The translations under genes and the position numbers were made by a program. Shown here piece after piece: positions 62,284-64,000 of a stretch of 64,000 bases of DNA (positions are counted from its first letter, which is position 1; each line of letters opens with the position of its first letter). Origin of the DNA: Raillietiella orientalis (Eukaryota); contig JAYWIR010000019.1 of the NCBI GenBank assembly GCA_036172245.1, positions 806,001 to 870,000 on the forward strand. The letters are read 5' to 3'. The notes below the pieces were generated by a model. It was not told where the DNA came from. It did not search any database and was given only the letters and a program-made list of their open reading frames with translations.

Positions 62284-64000
62284 ACTTCTAGTGTTTCACT
62301 CGTTGAGAAAATGGAACCAAAATCTAGAAAAATTGGCAGATATGACGGTGAAATAAACTGTTTTCAGGTAAAATTCAGGTTCGCTTGCCATATTATCACT
62401 TTTGCTTTATGTATTGTTTTACAATTTGCCTATTGATAAATGTAGCATCTAATCGGATCGTGCACAACAAATGCAACCCTAAGTGAGTGTTTCCAAAGGA
62501 TTTTTTTTTTTATAGGAGGACATTGTGGCCCTCAGGGATTACATCACCGATATTCTGGCAGAAAATGAGTATCTTGCCGGTGAAATCGAAAAGCTTTTAA
62601 CCGATCACATGCTGTTCATTCAGAAATTTATTCGGAAGGATGTGAGTTTTCAAACCTTGCCTGATAAGGTATGAAGATTACCTGGTTTTTTTTCTGTCCA
62701 CTCATTCTAAAGTTTTACTTCACATAGTTTGTCTGAAACAAAGCATCTTTAAGTAACTTAATTTTTATAGTTTTGTTTCTTTGTAAGCTTATATGTACAG
62801 ACATGTTTTTATGTTCCTCTTTTCTTGTCCAAACTGTTGTGCATCCTGCAGTATTGAAATATTTTAGTCTCCGTATGAATGTGAAATATATGATGAAAGT
62901 CAGCATCCAGTAAGTTTGACAGAGTATCAAAATACTGTTGAAAAGGAAATCTGGGAGGTTTGTTAAGTAAAACCTTGTTTCACATTCCATTTTTTAATGT
63001 AGCATAGAAAAGAATATTATGAAGAGCTGCAAATGCATAAATCACAAATACATGATATACTGAAACAATACAAAAGAAAAATGGATGAAATGAGGCATCA
63101 TGATACAATCATAGCAAGCCTTAAAGCAACTGTTGAGACTTTAAGATTATATAACTGTGAAATGAAAATTGATCCTCGCACAGAACAAAAAACTGGAAAA
63201 ATGTTGCAAGCAATAAAAGAAAAAAACAGTGAATTACAGTGCCTACAAAATTCATATGAAACATCTAGAGAACAGTTGAAGTATCTTAAAAACCAAAAAG
63301 CAAAGCTTGAAAGTGACTTAGTTGAGCAGTTCACAATCAATGGCTACTTACAAAAGCAACTGGAAATTGCTATGAACAAAGTGGGTGATATGATTGCCCT
63401 CACTGAAAAACTAAGTCTCGAGAAGAGCATGACTGCAGCAAGTGAACATCAAATGAAAGGTGCAGCAGTGAATAAAATTGAAAACTTCTTTCAATAAAAC
63501 TAATGTGCACTAATGTAAAAGAAATATTAATTCTGTTATACGCGGTTATATCTGTACACCTTTCCAATTTCAGGGTAATTATTAAACAAACTTTAGGTAG
63601 CTAGCAACAGTAACAACCTATGTGACAGCAAGTACAAAGTAATTCAATTAATCTTTTATTTATAGTAGAACTACACTTAATGCAGAAGCAACTTGAGACT
63701 GCAACTGAGAATTTGAAAAGGAAACATGAAACTGAAATAGAACATCAGAGAAAATGCTATGAACTAATAGTGATCAACTTGCAAAATATACTTTGTAATG
63801 AAAAACAGGTAAGCACTGAATCATTCTGAATGTGCTGAAAGGCACTATATCTGGTATCAACATTAATAATTCATAGGAAAAGGAAGGTTTAAACACACAG
63901 ATTAATATTAGCATCAAAGAAACAAAGACACTCAGACAGCAACTAAAGGATATGCAGGAAATACGAGGAGAGTCTCAATATGTTACAGAAAATTACCTAG
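62284..64000 (+). CDS. Spliced host gene, coiled-coil protein (partial; runs off the window)
   Basis: Open exons with AG/GT ends: 62284-62367, 62516-62668 (EDIVALRDYITDILAENEYL...), 63003-~63400, ~63666-63808, 63877-64000; heptad-rich E/K/Q/L composition. Confidence 0.8.

Noticed and set aside
1..64000. CRISPR arrays, LTR pairs, hammerhead cores, intact tRNA/rRNA genes
   Set aside because: None found by eye; CTGATGA hits lack the matching GAAA and stems; the recurring hairpins are irregularly spaced element termini

Overview
Eukaryotic, probably arthropod, genomic window: the U2 fragment matches the arthropod-type sequence and the host gene has short GT-AG introns. About 61 kb is a nested, two-stranded patchwork of decayed non-LTR retrotransposons of two kinds. 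(i) L1/Tx1-type elements (ORF1 with CCHC knuckles; APE-RT-CCHC ORF2), whose 3' ends all carry an AATAAA plus GC hairpin and lack a poly(A) tail. (ii) Utopia/NeSL-type elements (zinc fingers, RT, restriction-like endonuclease), one of which is bracketed by short U2 snRNA fragments although no U2 gene is present. Embedded among them are a clear CRESS-DNA-virus Rep helicase fragment and three decayed, intronless non-TE ORFs that may also be endogenous viral elements. There is also a ~920 bp tRNA-headed, hairpin-rich SINE-like insertion with a 16-bp TSD, and two ~1.15-1.2 kb near-identical inverted duplications. A spliced coiled-coil host gene occupies the last ~1.7 kb. Overall the locus resembles a TE/virus-trap (piRNA-cluster-like) region; that reading is inference. 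Boundaries of degraded fragments are approximate.
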